This document shows, piece after piece, positions 1 to 12,387 of a stretch of DNA of 34,412 nucleotides. Made by a program: the position numbers and the translations under genes. The stretch covers positions 67,390,182 through 67,424,593 of the forward strand of contig NC_068982.1 in NCBI RefSeq assembly GCF_001194135.2, given 5' to 3'. The notes under the pieces are model-generated. The model was not told the origin of the DNA. It was given only the letters and a program-made list of their open reading frames with translations, and did not search any database. Position 1 is the stretch's first letter. Every line of letters starts with the position of its first letter. The DNA is from Octopus bimaculoides (lineage: Eukaryota).

Positions 1-286
1 AATTATTTGTATCTAAAGCGTCCCCTTTACCTTTGTAGCAGTTGACTATGATGCTGCTACACCAGTCATAGGGTATGACTCCTTCGTGTATCACCTGGTT
101 CGTAATACGGGTGACTAGGCTATAGCCAACACTGCCAGATATTTTGAGCATCTCTGCAGTGATTCCTGATGGGCCGGGGGCTTTCCCGGTCTTCATACTC
201 TTAATTGCTTTATCTACCCTGGTACTATCAACTCGGATAGCTGGTCCCTCTATTGGGTCGACATAAGGCAGGCTCTCTTTCTCCCA
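1..286 (-). mobile_element. RTE-clade LINE fragment, reverse transcriptase N-terminal region, 5'-truncated and running off the window edge
   Basis: Stop-free minus frame WEKESLPYVDPIEGPAIRVDSTRVDKAIKSMKTGKAPGPSGITAEMLKISGSVGYSLVTRITNQVIHEGVIPYDWCSSIIVNCYKGKGDALDTNN. The GKAPGPSGITAEMLK and YKGKGD motifs precede the non-LTR RT core. Confidence 0.9.
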
Positions 287-624
287 TTAACATAAAATAG
301 ACATAAGAAGTGCCTACACATGTTTCAGTCTGGTCACTAAGTAAACAGTGCTTCAGAGGGTTTGAACCATGTTAAGAGTTTTAGATGTAGAAAATAACAA
401 CAAAGTGACCAGATATCTTCAGGACAGTCTCGTGCATAAGGCTAATGCTTACATATTTTTTCACACAGGAATTCAAGTTGAACTTACTGTCCAACTTACT
501 CTCACCCCTGTCTTTTCTAATGCAAGTGTCACAGTAAATTGAACTGAATACACCCTTGTAAAATGTTGGTGTTAGGAAGCGCATCCTGCTATAGAAAGCA
601 ATACAAAAAAATTAAGTATGTATA

Positions 625-904
625 GGCGCAGGAGTGGCTGTGTGGTAAGTAGCTTGCTTACCAACCACATGGTTCCAGGTTCAGTCCCACTGCGTGGCAC
701 CTTGGGCAAGTGTCTTCTACTATAGCCTCGGGCCGACCAAAGCCTTGTGAGTGGATTTAGTAGACGGAAACTGAAAGAAGCCCGTCGTATATATGTATAT
801 ATATGTGTGTGTGTATATGTTGTGTATCTGTGTTTGTCCCCCCAACATCGTTTGACAACTGATGCTGGTGTGTTTAGGTCCCCGTAACTTAGTGGTTCGG
901 CAAA
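625..904 (+). mobile_element. tRNA-derived SINE (family A), interrupted by a gap
   Basis: Head ggcgcaggagtggctgtgtggtaagtagc with A-box-like TGGCTGTGTGG (635-645) and B-box-like GGTTCAGTCCC (678-688), plus an internal (TA)n(TG)n tract. Near-identical to copies at 24135 and 31959. Confidence 0.9.
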
Positions 905-1739
905 NNNNNNNNNNNNNNNNNNNNNNNNNNNNNNNNNNNNNNNNNNNNNNNNNNNNNNNNNNNNNNNNNNNNNNNNNNNNNNNNNNNNNNNNNNNNNNNN
1001 NNNNNNNNNNNNNNNNNNNNNNNNNNNNNNNNNNNNNNNNNNNNNNNNNNNNNNNNNNNNNNNNNNNNNNNNNNNNNNNNNNNNNNNNNNNNNNNNNNNN
1101 NNNNNNNNNNNNNNNNNNNNNNNNNNNNNNNNNNNNNNNNNNNNNNNNNNNNNNNNNNNNNNNNNNNNNNNNNNNNNNNNNNNNNNNNNNNNNNNNNNNN
1201 NNNNNNNNNNNNNNNNNNNNNNNNNNNNNNNNNNNNNNNNNNNNNNNNNNNNNNNNNNNNNNNNNNNNNNNNNNNNNNNNNNNNNNNNNNNNNNNNNNNN
1301 NNNNNNNNNNNNNNNNNNNNNNNNNNNNNNNNNNNNNNNNNNNNNNNNNNNNNNNNNNNNNNNNNNNNNNNNNNNNNNNNNNNNNNNNNNNNNNNNNNNN
1401 NNNNNNNNNNNNNNNNNNNNNNNNNNNNNNNNNNNNNNNNNNNNNNNNNNNNNNNNNNNNNNNNNNNNNNNNNNNNNNNNNNNNNNNNNNNNNNNNNNNN
1501 NNNNNNNNNNATATATATATATATATATATATATATAAACAATATATGAGTATATGCATATATATGTACATGTATGTACATACCTTCATCTACATGTACA
1601 TATAGATACATAACTGGGTACATGACCTGGCAAAAGAACATGGACAAAATGATAAACAAGGTACAACAAACAAGCAAGCCACATAGAAACATCTCCTTCA
1701 TCAGCTGCTAGCATTAAAACACCGGCGTTTCGAATATAT

Positions 1740-2010
1740 ATATATATATACATACATACATACATATACATATATATTATTTACAGAAAGATAGACAGAC
1801 AAATTAACAGGCAGGCAGACTGACAGAGAGAAGGGTAGGGATGAGAGAAAAAGAGAGTGGGCTGGAGGGAAAGAAAGACAGAGACTAAGAGATAGACAGA
1901 CAGGTAAGTAAACTGACAGATATATCAGGAAGGAAGGAAGGAAAAGGAAAAGAAGGTAGGTGGATAGGTAGGTAGGTAGAAATGTATAGGTAGATGTATA
2001 CATATCTAGT

Positions 2011-2057
<47 letters not shown>

Positions 2058-2260
2058 CCATGCTGAAGCAGGAATGCAGTTATCTGCGCAGTAGTGATGG
2101 AAAAAAGATGACAACATCAGCTGGCTTTTTAATAGCAGCAGCAATAACAGCAAGCACAGTAGCAGCAGCAATAACAGCAGCAATAACAGCAGCAGCACCA
2201 TTATTTGTAGTAACAGCAGCAGCAGCAGCAGTTGTATTTGTAGTAGTAGCAGTAACCAAT
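1740..2260. repeat. Patchwork of simple repeats: (TACA)n, (AGAC)n, (AGGA)n, (AGGT)n, (TG)n, (GCA/ATA/GTA)n
   Basis: Directly visible. It explains the poly-L and poly-A/T ORFs at 1701-2328. Confidence 0.9.
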
Positions 2261-2670
2261 TGCATTTTAAAATATAACCAATAAAAATTACATTGAATGA
2301 AACTTGCCAAGATAGTCATAGGCAACACGTAAAGGATAGTTTATATGTGACTGGAAGTATTGTCTAATTTAAACTGCCAATGAAACACAAAACTAATTAA
2401 AGTCTATAAAGACCAGTCTAATCAAAGACTGTAGAGAACTAGTCTAATTAAAGGCTGCAGAGCCTAAGTAGGTAATGCGGCTGTTGGTAAAATGTCTGGT
2501 GTGAAATATTTGTGATGGACTGGAGATAACAACCTACTGTTTTAGACAGTGAATTAAAAATGAAGGCAATCAATGATTTCATAGATTTAAATATGGTTTT
2601 GATCAACTTTTAAAACTGCTAACTGATGTCGCTTAAATCCCTGAAAACGTAGCCAATACGTAGTTACTCT

Positions 2671-3341
2671 GCTTGCTAGAAGTAACAACCAGGTCTCTTT
2701 CAAAATCACACACTGCTGTTTTAAAGGAAAGGAAGGACACGTTAGATAATGTAGTCCTACAGACATTGTGCCTGAAACAAAAGTTAAACAATATAACCAA
2801 TGAGTAATTGTTCAGATTGCTAGAAATAGCAACCGAATCTCTCTCAAATCACAAATCACAACCTACTGTTTAAAAACAAAACAAAGACACATTAGATAAT
2901 GTAGTCCTACATACACTATGCCTAAAACAAAAGTTAAACCATGCAGCTAATAAGTAGCTGTTCAGATTGCTAGAAATAACAACCAAATCTCTCTCAAATC
3001 ACACCCTGCTGTTTAAAACCAAATGAAGGACACATCAGCTAATGTAGTCCTACATACACTATGCCTGAAACAAAAGTTAAACAATATAACCAATGAGTAG
3101 TTNNNNNNNNNNAACAACCAAATCTCTCTCAAATCACACCCTGCTGTTTAAAACCAAATGAAGGACACATCAGCTAATGTAGTCCTACATACACTATGCC
3201 TGAAACAAAAGTTAAACAATATAACCAATGAGTAGTTGTTCAGATTGCTAGAAATAACAACCAAATCTCTCTCAGATCACATCCTGCTCTTTTAAAACAA
3301 AAGAAGGACACGTCAGCTAATGTAGTCCTACTTGAAACAAA
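2671..3341 (+). repeat. Tandem array of ~140-bp units, about 4.7 copies
   Basis: Unit start TTGCTAGAA(A/G)TA(A/G)CAACC recurs near 2673, 2817, 2967, ~3105 (across the 10-N gap) and 3245. A related dispersed monomer sits near 21487. Confidence 0.9.
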
Positions 3342-3519
3342 TGTCTGTTTGCTCAGTAAAGAATAGCAGCTCCGTGTTACATATTGTTAATTATGACAAT
3401 ACATTTTTGGTACATTTAAAGCCATGGTTTCTTGGCAATCAGCCACAGAAATAGCACAGCAGAGCAACTCTCATACACACACTGCTCATATTCAATACGT
3501 ACACGAGTAAGTATTTTTC

Positions 3520-3775
3520 TCATCACCCTGCATATACCATCACCCTGCATATACCATCACCCTGCATATACCATCACCGCCACCACCATCGTCGTTGTTG
3601 TCATCATCATTGTCATCATTGTTGTCATTGTTGTTATCATTCTCATCATCATCATTATCAACATTGCTATCACCATCATCTTTGTTGTTGACATCATTGT
3701 TCTCTCACATACACACACTCAACCACACGTACATACATACATCATCACCACCACCACCACCATCTTTTTCTTCTC
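3520..3775. repeat. 17-bp x3 minisatellite (catcaccctgcatatac) followed by a (CAT/CAC)n-rich tract
   Basis: Directly visible. Confidence 0.85.
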
Positions 3776-4224
3776 CTTCATATCCACTTTTCCAGGTTTA
3801 CATGGGTCAGTTAGAATCTGTTGAAGCAGATTTTCTATGGCTGGATGCCCTTCTTGATATCAACCCTTGCCTGTTCTCAAATTAGATAATATTTCCCTCA
3901 GAACCAGATACACTTCCTGAAACCAGTTTCATTCTTCTGTGTGATATCTTGGGCAAGTTTCTTCTGTTACAGCCCCAGGCTAAACAGCCTTGTGAATGAA
4001 TGTTGTAGACAGAAAGAGAGAAGCTTGCCATATGAGTGGGCACTTGTGTGCATGTGTTGTCATCGCACCATAGTTGTAAATGAGTGTCACCATCATACAG
4101 GTAGTGTCTTTTTATTCCTAATCTCCCATGGAAAACATGCTCAATTATGGGGAAGTATTATCTTGCTTGGAAACAAATTATGAAGGTTAGAGAGAGGAAG
4201 GGCATAGAATCCACCTTGACAAAT

Positions 4225-4490
4225 TCCATCAGACACATGCCAGTCGTTGGCAGTACCGCTGGACTGGTTCCTGTGCAGGTGGCACGTAAAAGACACCATT
4301 TTGAGCGTGGCCGTTGCCAGTACCACCTGACTGGTCTTCGTGCCGGTGGCACGTAAAAAGCACCCACTACACTCTCTGAGTGGTTGGCGTTAGGAAGGGC
4401 ATCCAGCTGTAGAAACTCTGCCAAATTAGACTGGAGCCTGGTGTAGCCATCTGGTTTACCAGTCCTCAGTCAAATCGTCCAACCCATGCT
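4225..4490 (+). mobile_element. 3' UTR/tail of an RTE-type LINE (family C)
   Basis: gcacccactacactctctgagtggttggcgttaggaagggcatccagctgtagaaact...aacccatgct. The same sequence follows the RTE ORF end at 16380-17160 and occurs inverted at 34190-34412. Confidence 0.8.
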
Positions 4491-5030
4491 NNNNNNNNNN
4501 GTGTGTGTGTGTGTGTGTGTGTGTGCATGTGTGTGTGTGCGCGTGTATCATCATCAGCAGCAGCAGCAGCAGTAACAGCAGCAGTGTTGTACATCCATTT
4601 ACCTTGCTGGTATGGGTTGAATGAGTCATCATAGACTAGCCCTTCTGTGTGTCATTTCACAGCTTGGATTCTACAGTTAGACAACTTTCCTACTGTCAAC
4701 CACTTTACACCCCAGTGTACTGGGGTGCATTTTCTCATGACATCAATATTAGAGCAGTTGATAATTCCTCACCAAGACAAGACTAAAGAGATATCACAAC
4801 TGTATGCTTTTTCTGCTCATTTCTACTTTGCAGTGTGTATTGGCTGACCAGTCTTTTACATGACAGCAGTAAAAGAGACATGTCAACCCTTCCTTGTCTG
4901 ATTATTCACCAATCGCTGCAGAGGATATGCAGTGTGGTTGAGCTTAGGAGGCAATTACACTTCCTGAGCTGAGTTCTTTTTTTTTTTGTTCTTTTTTTAT
5001 GTTTATTATGATGACATTATCGATACATTC

Positions 5031-5245
5031 TTAAGGCAGTGAGCTGGCAGAATCATTAGCACACCAGGTAAAATGCTTAGTGGCATTTCATCTGTCTTTA
5101 CATTCTGAGTTCAAATTCTGCCATGGTCAACTTTGCCTTTCATCTTTTGGGGTTGGTAAAATAAGTACCAGTTGAACACAGGGATCAATGTAATAGACTT
5201 ACCCTTCTCCCAAATTGCTGGCCTTATGCTAAAATTTGAAATCAT
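5031..5245 (+). mobile_element. tRNA-derived SINE (family B)
   Basis: Head ttaaggcagtgagctggcagaatcattagc, B-box-like GAGTTCAAATTC, central gtcaactttgcctttcatc...aataagtaccag. Confidence 0.8.
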
Positions 5246-5497
5246 TATTGATTGTTTCTACAATAAGAAGCAAACAATTAGAGAAACAATTCTTTAACAC
5301 ATGAAATGTTGTTCCAAGAGCTGCAATGAAGAGTTGATGAAAGCTAGAAGCTTGGTGAATACTTTCTTATTGATCAAATTCCTCTCTAAACTTTTTACTA
5401 ATCTTTGTTTTGTACTTAGTACAAAAATGTATCGTGTACATTTTTACATAACATATATTTTAATTATTGTAACTTGGTGAATTGTAGTAAAAATATT

Positions 5498-5910
5498 GGT
5501 TTCAAATTTTGACACAAGGCCAGCAATTTCAGGGGAGAGGGCAAGTTGATTACATTGACCCCAGTACTGGTACTTTTTTTTATCAACCTCGGTGGGATTT
5601 GGGCTCAGAACATAAAGCTAGACAAAATGCTGCTAAGCATTTTGCCCAGCATGCTAAAAATTCTACTAGCTCACTTCTTATGTAGTAAATTTATTGGTTT
5701 CAAATTTTGGCACAAGGCCAGCAATTTTAGGGGACGGGTTGAGCCAATCACATCAATCCAAGTGTTTGACCGGTACTTATTTTATCAACCCTGAAAGGAT
5801 GAAAGGTAAAGCCAACTTCAGCAAAACTTGAACTCGGAATGTCAAGACCGACAAAATGCCACTAAGCACTTGGCCCAGCATACTAATAATTCTGCCAGCT
5901 AACCATCCTG
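5498..5910 (-). mobile_element. Two tandem diverged family-B SINE copies
   Basis: Reverse-complement matches to 5031-5245 at about 5498-5670 and 5695-5910. Confidence 0.75.
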
Positions 5911-6227
5911 TGGTAAAAATGTTAGCAATAATCTTGTTGATATTAAAAAATCATCATTTGTAAAAAGGGTTTAGGTTTCAGACAGCTATAAATATGTGCC
6001 ACAGGATGTTGTCTAAACTTTACCATGAGCAGAAGCACTATAGAATTAAGAGCAAAAAAAAAAAAAAATCTAAAAGAATGCACTTCTCATATCAAGAAAA
6101 TACCACTGCACAACCCACCCCAAACATGAGTGGCACACAGTTCCAGTCTCTTCAGGTGCTGAGTCAATCCTGTTATCACCGAGGATTTCCCCTGGTGAAA
6201 ATATGTTCTAGCTTGAAATGGACCTTT

Positions 6228-6420
6228 CAGCTCCTAACTATTGTTGACATTCTGCAAGGCACAAGGGAGGTCCACAATGAAGCACTACTCCAGCATCTGG
6301 AATTGTGCTGCTGCTGCTATGCATAATGACATCTTGAACTGCATCCAAAGAAGGGTCACTTGATGGACTGAGGTTCAATCACTCACAGACATGATCCAGC
6401 CTCTAACCCGTAAGCCCACA
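6228..6420 (+). mobile_element. Degenerate L2/CR1-type LINE fragment (post-RT region)
   Basis: Conceptual translation across frameshifts QLLT..KAQGRSTMKHYSSIWN...DILNCIQRRVT resembles the LYKAQVRPxMEYCSxxW...LDRIQRRA motif of CR1/L2/Jockey-group ORF2. Confidence 0.6.
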
Positions 6421-6644
6421 AGCATGCAGTCTCCTCTCTCTGTCTCAGTGCTGGACGGAGTGTTATGGGAAGGGGGCTAGTGGGTACAAGAGGCTGGGGT
6501 TGCTAGGAGTGTTAGAGGCACAAGAGGTGCTGTAGGGGCTAGGGTGATACTTTCATGGGGATGGCACTGTATAAGCCTGTGTAGGCTTGGAGGCCTGGTG
6601 TGTATGGGGGGGGGGGACAAACTCAAAGGCTGTAGCAGGTGGCA

Positions 6645-6905
6645 GTAGTAGTAGTAGTAGTAGTAGTAGTAGGAACAGTAGCAACAGTAGTAGCAGCTAC
6701 AGTTGTAGTAGTGGTGATGGTGGTGGTGGTGGTGGACTTGATGATAGAGATGATAGTGGTAGTAATAATGACAATGATGGCTTGTGGAAATGCTGTTGTT
6801 GGTGGTGATACTGGTGATGGTGGTGGTGACAGTAATGATGATGATGATGATGACGATAACAATAATGATGATGATATGGTGGTGGCGGGGGTGATGGTGG
6901 TGGGG
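6645..6905. repeat. (GTA)n/(GGT)n/(GAT)n trinucleotide tract
   Basis: Directly visible. It explains the low-complexity ORFs at 6587-6992. Confidence 0.9.
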
Positions 6906-7407
6906 GTGATATTTATGTTTCTTTACCTCGCTGGCTTTTACACAGCATTAATCTATTATTGCTGCATCACCTACTGCAGCCAGCAACAGTAGCCACAGTT
7001 GCAGTGCAGTCATATTGTAGGCATCATTTGTAAAGCTCTTAAATTTTCATCTATAGGCTCTCTCTAACTCTCTCTCTCTCCCACTCTCTTTTTTTTACTT
7101 TTTATAATCTACTCTTTGATCTTTTACCAATGTTCCAACCTTTTTCTTTCTCTCCCTCTAAGTATATATATGTGCGTGTGTGTGTGTGTGAGAATACATG
7201 CATACATATATATGTATATGTAAACACACACACACACACACATATAGCATTGTACCCACTTTCCTCAATATCATCCAGTATCTCTTTTCCTCTCCTTTTT
7301 ATATTCATTGATTTGTTCACTCATTTGATATCTGTTTTCTATGCTAGCATGGGTAGATGGGGAGTTAGATGAAGTAGGATTATCTCTCTCTCTCTCTTTC
7401 TTTATAC

Positions 7408-7449
<42 letters not shown>

Positions 7450-7840
7450 NNNNNNNNNNNNNNNNNNNNNNNNNNNNNNNNNNNNNNNNNNNNNNNNNNN
7501 NNNNNNNNNNNNNNNNNNNNNNNNNNNNNNNNNNNNNNNNNNNNNNNNNNNNNNNNNNNNNNNNNNNNNNNNNNNNNNNNNNNNNNNNNNNNNNNNNNNN
7601 NNNNNNNNNNNNNNNNNNNNNNNNNNNNNNNNNNNNNNNNNNNNNNNNNNNNNNNNNNNNNNNNNNNNNNNNNNNNNNNNNNNNNNNNNNNNNNNNNNNN
7701 NNNNNNNNNNNNNNNNNNNNNNNNNNNNNNNNNNNNNNNNNNNNNNNNNNNNNNNNNNNNNNNNNNNNNNNNNNNNNNNNNNNNNNNNNNNNNNNNNNNN
7801 NNNNNNNNNNNNNNNNNNNNNNNNNNNNNNNNNNNNNNNN

Positions 7841-7884
<44 letters not shown>

Positions 7885-7955
7885 GCACACAACTATATAA
7901 ACACACACATACACACACACACATATATATATGTAACATATGATATAATTATATA

Positions 7956-7989
<34 letters not shown>

Positions 7990-7993
<4 letters not shown>

Positions 7994-8220
7994 CATCATA
8001 ATCATCATTTAATGTTCAGTTTTTCATGCTTGCACGGATCTGATGGAATCTGTTGAGGTAGATTTCCTGAGCCTGGATGCCATTTCTCTTGCCAACCCCC
8101 ACCTGTTTCTGAATATGGTAATATTTCCCATGGCCAGACAGGTCTTGCCATGGAAAACTGGAAATGCACAACATCACTTGCATGATAGTGATGCTCATTT
8201 ACTCCTATCACATGATATCA
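7990..8220 (-). mobile_element. SINE family D 3' part (RTE-like tail); other copies at ~3780-3920, 14600-14790(+), 15600-15820, 21700-21900, 26460-26790, 28070-28410, 33590-34010
   Basis: Recurring segment catcatcatttaatgtt...ccatgc...atggaat.tgttgaggcagattt..tg.ctggatgcc.ttcct.ttgccaacc.tcacctgttt, seen many times by eye. Confidence 0.7.
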
Positions 8221-8844
8221 AAAACACACACACACACACACACACACATGCATATCATCATTATCATCATCAACATCATCATTATCATCATTATCGCTTA
8301 ATATATGTTTTCCATTTTGGCATGGGTCGAACAGTTTGACAAGAACTGGTAAGCCAGAGGACTGCATCATACTCAAATGTCTGCTTTGGCATGGTTTCTA
8401 CAGCTGGAGGTTTGGCCTAATGCCATCCACTTTCTTGAGTGTACTGGGTGATTTTTATGTGGCACCATCAGTGATGCCACCATGTAACTTGCAAGACAAC
8501 ACTCCTCAACTGAGGATAGAGTAATATTGAGGGAAGGGGCTTTATGTCAGGTGATAAGAAGTTAGAGTATGGATAGAAACAGGTATCTTGCAGTTGGAGT
8601 GCCATACAGTGGGACTGAACTTAAGACCACATGGTTGAGAAGCAAAATTCTTAACCACACAGCTACACTGGTTTAAGCATACTGAAACAGTTGGTATCAG
8701 GAAGAGTAGCTGCCTATAAAACACTACCTCTAAAAGTCCCATCCAACCCATGCCAGCTAGGAAAAGTAGATGTATAAACAGTGATGAAGATGATATGCAT
8801 GCCACTTCTTGCATAATTAATGTATATGTGTATGTGTGTGTGTA

Positions 8845-8901
<57 letters not shown>

Positions 8902-9006
8902 AATAATAAATGAGTATATGCATATATACGTACAGATATGTGCATACCTACATCTACCTGTATATATAGGTGCATATCTGGGTAATATATATATATATAT
9001 ATACAC

Positions 9007-9392
9007 ACAGGTGTGGTAGTGTGGTAAGAAGCTTGCTTCCCAACCATATGGTTCTGGGTTCAGTCCCACTATGTAGCACCTTGTGCAAGTGTCATCTACT
9101 ATCACCTTGGGCCAAGCAAAGCCTTGTGAGTGGATTTGGTAGATGGAAACTGAAAGAAGCATGTAGTGTGTGTGTGTGTGTGTGTGTGTGTGTATCTTTG
9201 TGCCTGTGTGTGTATCTTTGTGTCAATGTTTGTGGCCCAACGCCACTTGACAACCAGTGCTGGTATGTTTATGTCCATGTAACAGTTCAGCAAAAGAGAC
9301 TGATAGAATAGGTACCAGTCAATTCATTTGACTAAAAATTTGTCAAAGGTGGTGCCCCAGCATGGCCACAGTCTACAGATTGAAACAAGTAA
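9007..9392 (+). mobile_element. Diverged family-A tRNA-derived SINE
   Basis: gtgtggtaagaagcttgcttcccaaccatatggttctgggttcagtcccact...tgaaacaagtaa. Confidence 0.85.
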
Positions 9393-9404
9393 ATCAGAAT
9401 ACAT

Positions 9405-9437
<33 letters not shown>

Positions 9438-9699
9438 CAGTCTCTCTCTCACATACACACACACACACACACACACATCATTCTCTTATGCTCTTAATTT
9501 CTTTGGGTAGCTGCCTTTCTTATTCTCACCTCTCTCTCTCTGAATATCATTATAATATCATTACGTCTCCCTTGATATGAATCTAATTCTCTCTTCCACT
9601 CTACTCGATATCATTCAATAATTACTTCTCTTTCTCACCTCAGCCACCCAACTTTCTTAAAATCAATTGATGTCATTTGTCCTGTTGTTTGCTTGCAAA

Positions 9700-9812
9700 C
9701 AGTTCATGGTGGTGGTGCGAGAGGGAGAGAGTGCGTTTGTGTGCGTGCGTGAGAAAAAGTGAGAGAGTGCGAGAGAAAGAGAGTGTATGTGAGTGTGAGA
9801 GAGAAAGAGAGA

Positions 9813-9848
<36 letters not shown>

Positions 9849-10137
9849 GGGAGTATTAGAGAGACAGAGAGTACATGTCAGAATATGTGAGAGAGAGAGA
9901 GACAGAGACAGGGAGTGTGTATGTGTGTGTTTGTGTGAGTTCTAATATGTGCGTGTGAATGTCCTTTCTTTTCTCTTTTCCTTTCAAGATATACTAACAG
10001 TCACACTTAATGTTACTAGACAAACAAATTGACACACACACACACACTCATATATACATATATATGTGAGTGTGTGGGTGTGTGTGTGTATGTATATGCA
10101 TATATATGTGTGTAGATATATATATATGTGTGTGTGT

Positions 10138-10197
<60 letters not shown>

Positions 10198-10550
10198 ATG
10201 ATATTACTAACTTATTTCATGCAAGAGCAATTCTGTATCTCTCTGACTTATTAAATCATCAGTTTTATTACCATATTAAGTAATGCATGTATGTGTGTGT
10301 ATGTCCATGTACAACTATAAATCTGTGTATGGATCAATGCGTATGTGTGTATGTATGTGTACCAACACAACATCCCTCTGCAGTACTACTCATGTGTTTG
10401 ACCTAGACACTAAGGCAATTTGACCACTTTGCTTGCTTGAAACTAGATTTCCAATAATACTGAAGAAACAGTTTTATGTTTTGAGACATCAAAATAACAA
10501 CAATGCACACATCTTATATATGTGTGTGCATTTGTGTGTGTGTGTGTGCA

Positions 10551-10595
<45 letters not shown>

Positions 10596-11038
10596 NNNNN
10601 NNNNNNNNNNNNNNNNNNNNNNNNNNNNNNNNNNNNNNNNNNNNNNNNNNNNNNNNNNNNNNNNNNNNNNNNNNNNNNNNNNNNNNNNNNNNNNNNNNNN
10701 NNNNNNNNNNNNNNNNNNNNNNNNNNNNNNNNNNNNNNNNNNNNNNNNNNNNNNNNNNNNNNNNNNNNNNNNNNNNNNNNNNNNNNNNNNNNNNNNNNNN
10801 NNNNNNNNNNNNNNNNNNNNNNNNNNNNNNNNNNNNNNNNNNNNNNNNNNNNNNNNNNNNNNNNNNNNNNNNNNNNNNNNNNNNNNNNNNNNNNNNNNNN
10901 NNNNNNNNNNNNNNNNNNNNNNNNNNNNNNNNNNNNNNNNNNNNNNNNNNNNNNNNNNNNNNNNNNNNNNNNNNNNNNNNNNNNNNNNNNNNNNNNNNNN
11001 NNNNNNNNNNNNNNNNNNNNNNNNNNNNNNNNNNNNNN

Positions 11039-11094
<56 letters not shown>

Positions 11095-11483
11095 TCATCA
11101 TATAAATGTATATATGCATGTATATATATATATGTGTATGTGTGTATATATATATAGGGAGAGTGACACAGACATATAAAGGAAGACAGACAGGCAGACA
11201 GACAGGCAGACAGACAGATAGACAGATAGAGAGACAAATTGCATGCAATTATTTATAAACTATACTATTTTATCATACTCTAAAGATTTCATGTGGCCGA
11301 CATTAGTCAACCTTACTCTATGTTAATCTTGAAATATTTCATGCATACTAACAGGTACTGCAGACAAATATCAACTGCAGTCATTGGTGAATTTGAAATT
11401 AGTCAGTTTAGCAATACAAACTTCTAACTCAGGTGTGTGTGTGTTACAGCACACACTTTTGTATAAAAGTACAAAGTGTGCGC

Positions 11484-11557
<74 letters not shown>

Positions 11558-11770
11558 GTATGTATGTGTGTGCGTTGTATGTGTATTGTGTGTGTGTGAA
11601 AGAGAGAGAGAGAGCACGCATGTATATGTGTGCGTTGTATGTGTGTTGCATGTGTGTATGAGTGAAGATGTGTGTATATTGTGTGTGTGTGCGTGTAAGG
11701 GAGGGTGTATGTTTGTGTATGTTATGTGTATGTATGTTATGTGTGTGTGTGTATATGTGTGTGCGTGTGT
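9700..11770. repeat. Dense microsatellite zone of (GA)n, (GT)n, (AT)n with a gap at 10596-11038
   Basis: Directly visible. It explains the ERER, CVCV and YIYI ORFs. Confidence 0.9.
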
Positions 11771-11779
11771 GTGTGCATG

Positions 11780-12062
11780 CGCACACACGTGTGTACCATG
11801 GCTTGGCTTTGCAAACAAAGATTTAAAGAGGTGGATGTCAAAGTTTGTTGCAGGCTTGCTGATGCTTGACAAGTCTGATTCGGCACAAACAGGCCATGAC
11901 CACAGATGCTGCATGGGAAAGTAGGCTGATTGGGGCTCATTGTAGTGTCCCTGCTTTACCCCTTCTCTCTTGTCTGCAAGGATAGTCCTGCAGGTGTCTT
12001 CAAAAGAGGCTGTTTTTAGGTGGACAGTGAGACACCAGGCTTCATGGTCAGTGTGCAAGGGT
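11780..12062 (-). mobile_element. 3' end of an RTE-BovB-like LINE ORF, degenerate
   Basis: Minus-strand frames give HTDHEAWCLTVHLKTASFEDTCRTILADKRE and FPCSICGH(ACL)CRIRLVKHQQACNKL* (stop at 11840-11838). This resembles the C-terminal Cys/His motif of RTE ORFs. Confidence 0.65.
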
Positions 12063-12311
12063 GGTAACCAATGTGGTAATCAAGCTTATAAAATATTATT
12101 ATTATTGTTGTTTACAGAATTGTAAAACATAACACAGCTTACCAAATCATTGCATATATATATATGTATATTTATATATATATTTCATTTTTTTAAATAT
12201 GTATTTTTGATAAGGTTCGTTTTTTCAAGAACAGAAACATGTTAAAATTATCTCTGACAAAATTATAAATTAAAATTCATTTTTTATATTGACGTTTTCA
12301 AACTTCTTTTT

Positions 12312-12387
<76 letters not shown>

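Noticed and set aside
381-584. 67-aa minus-strand ORF, and a plus-strand acceptor-like site near 467
   Set aside because: No recognisable homology and no consistent exon structure.
625-700. tRNA-like sequence with A/B boxes, also at other SINE heads
   Set aside because: These are SINE heads continuing into a repeat body and tail; no complete cloverleaf.
2671-3341. Possible CRISPR-like repeat array
   Set aside because: The whole ~140-bp unit repeats with no unique spacers, the context is eukaryotic, and there are no cas genes.
6465-6620. G-rich stretch, possible G-quadruplex
   Set aside because: Loops are irregular and long, and it adjoins a GGT microsatellite; nothing suggests function.
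3590-6905. Complementary (CAT/CAC)n and (GAT/GGT)n tracts about 3 kb apart
   Set aside because: Such tracts are ubiquitous in this window, and the complementarity is purely compositional.
1701-11940. Low-complexity ORFs (poly-L, poly-A/T, poly-V/D, CVCV, HTHT, YIYI, ERER)
   Set aside because: They are translations of di- and trinucleotide microsatellites, with no splice or homology support.
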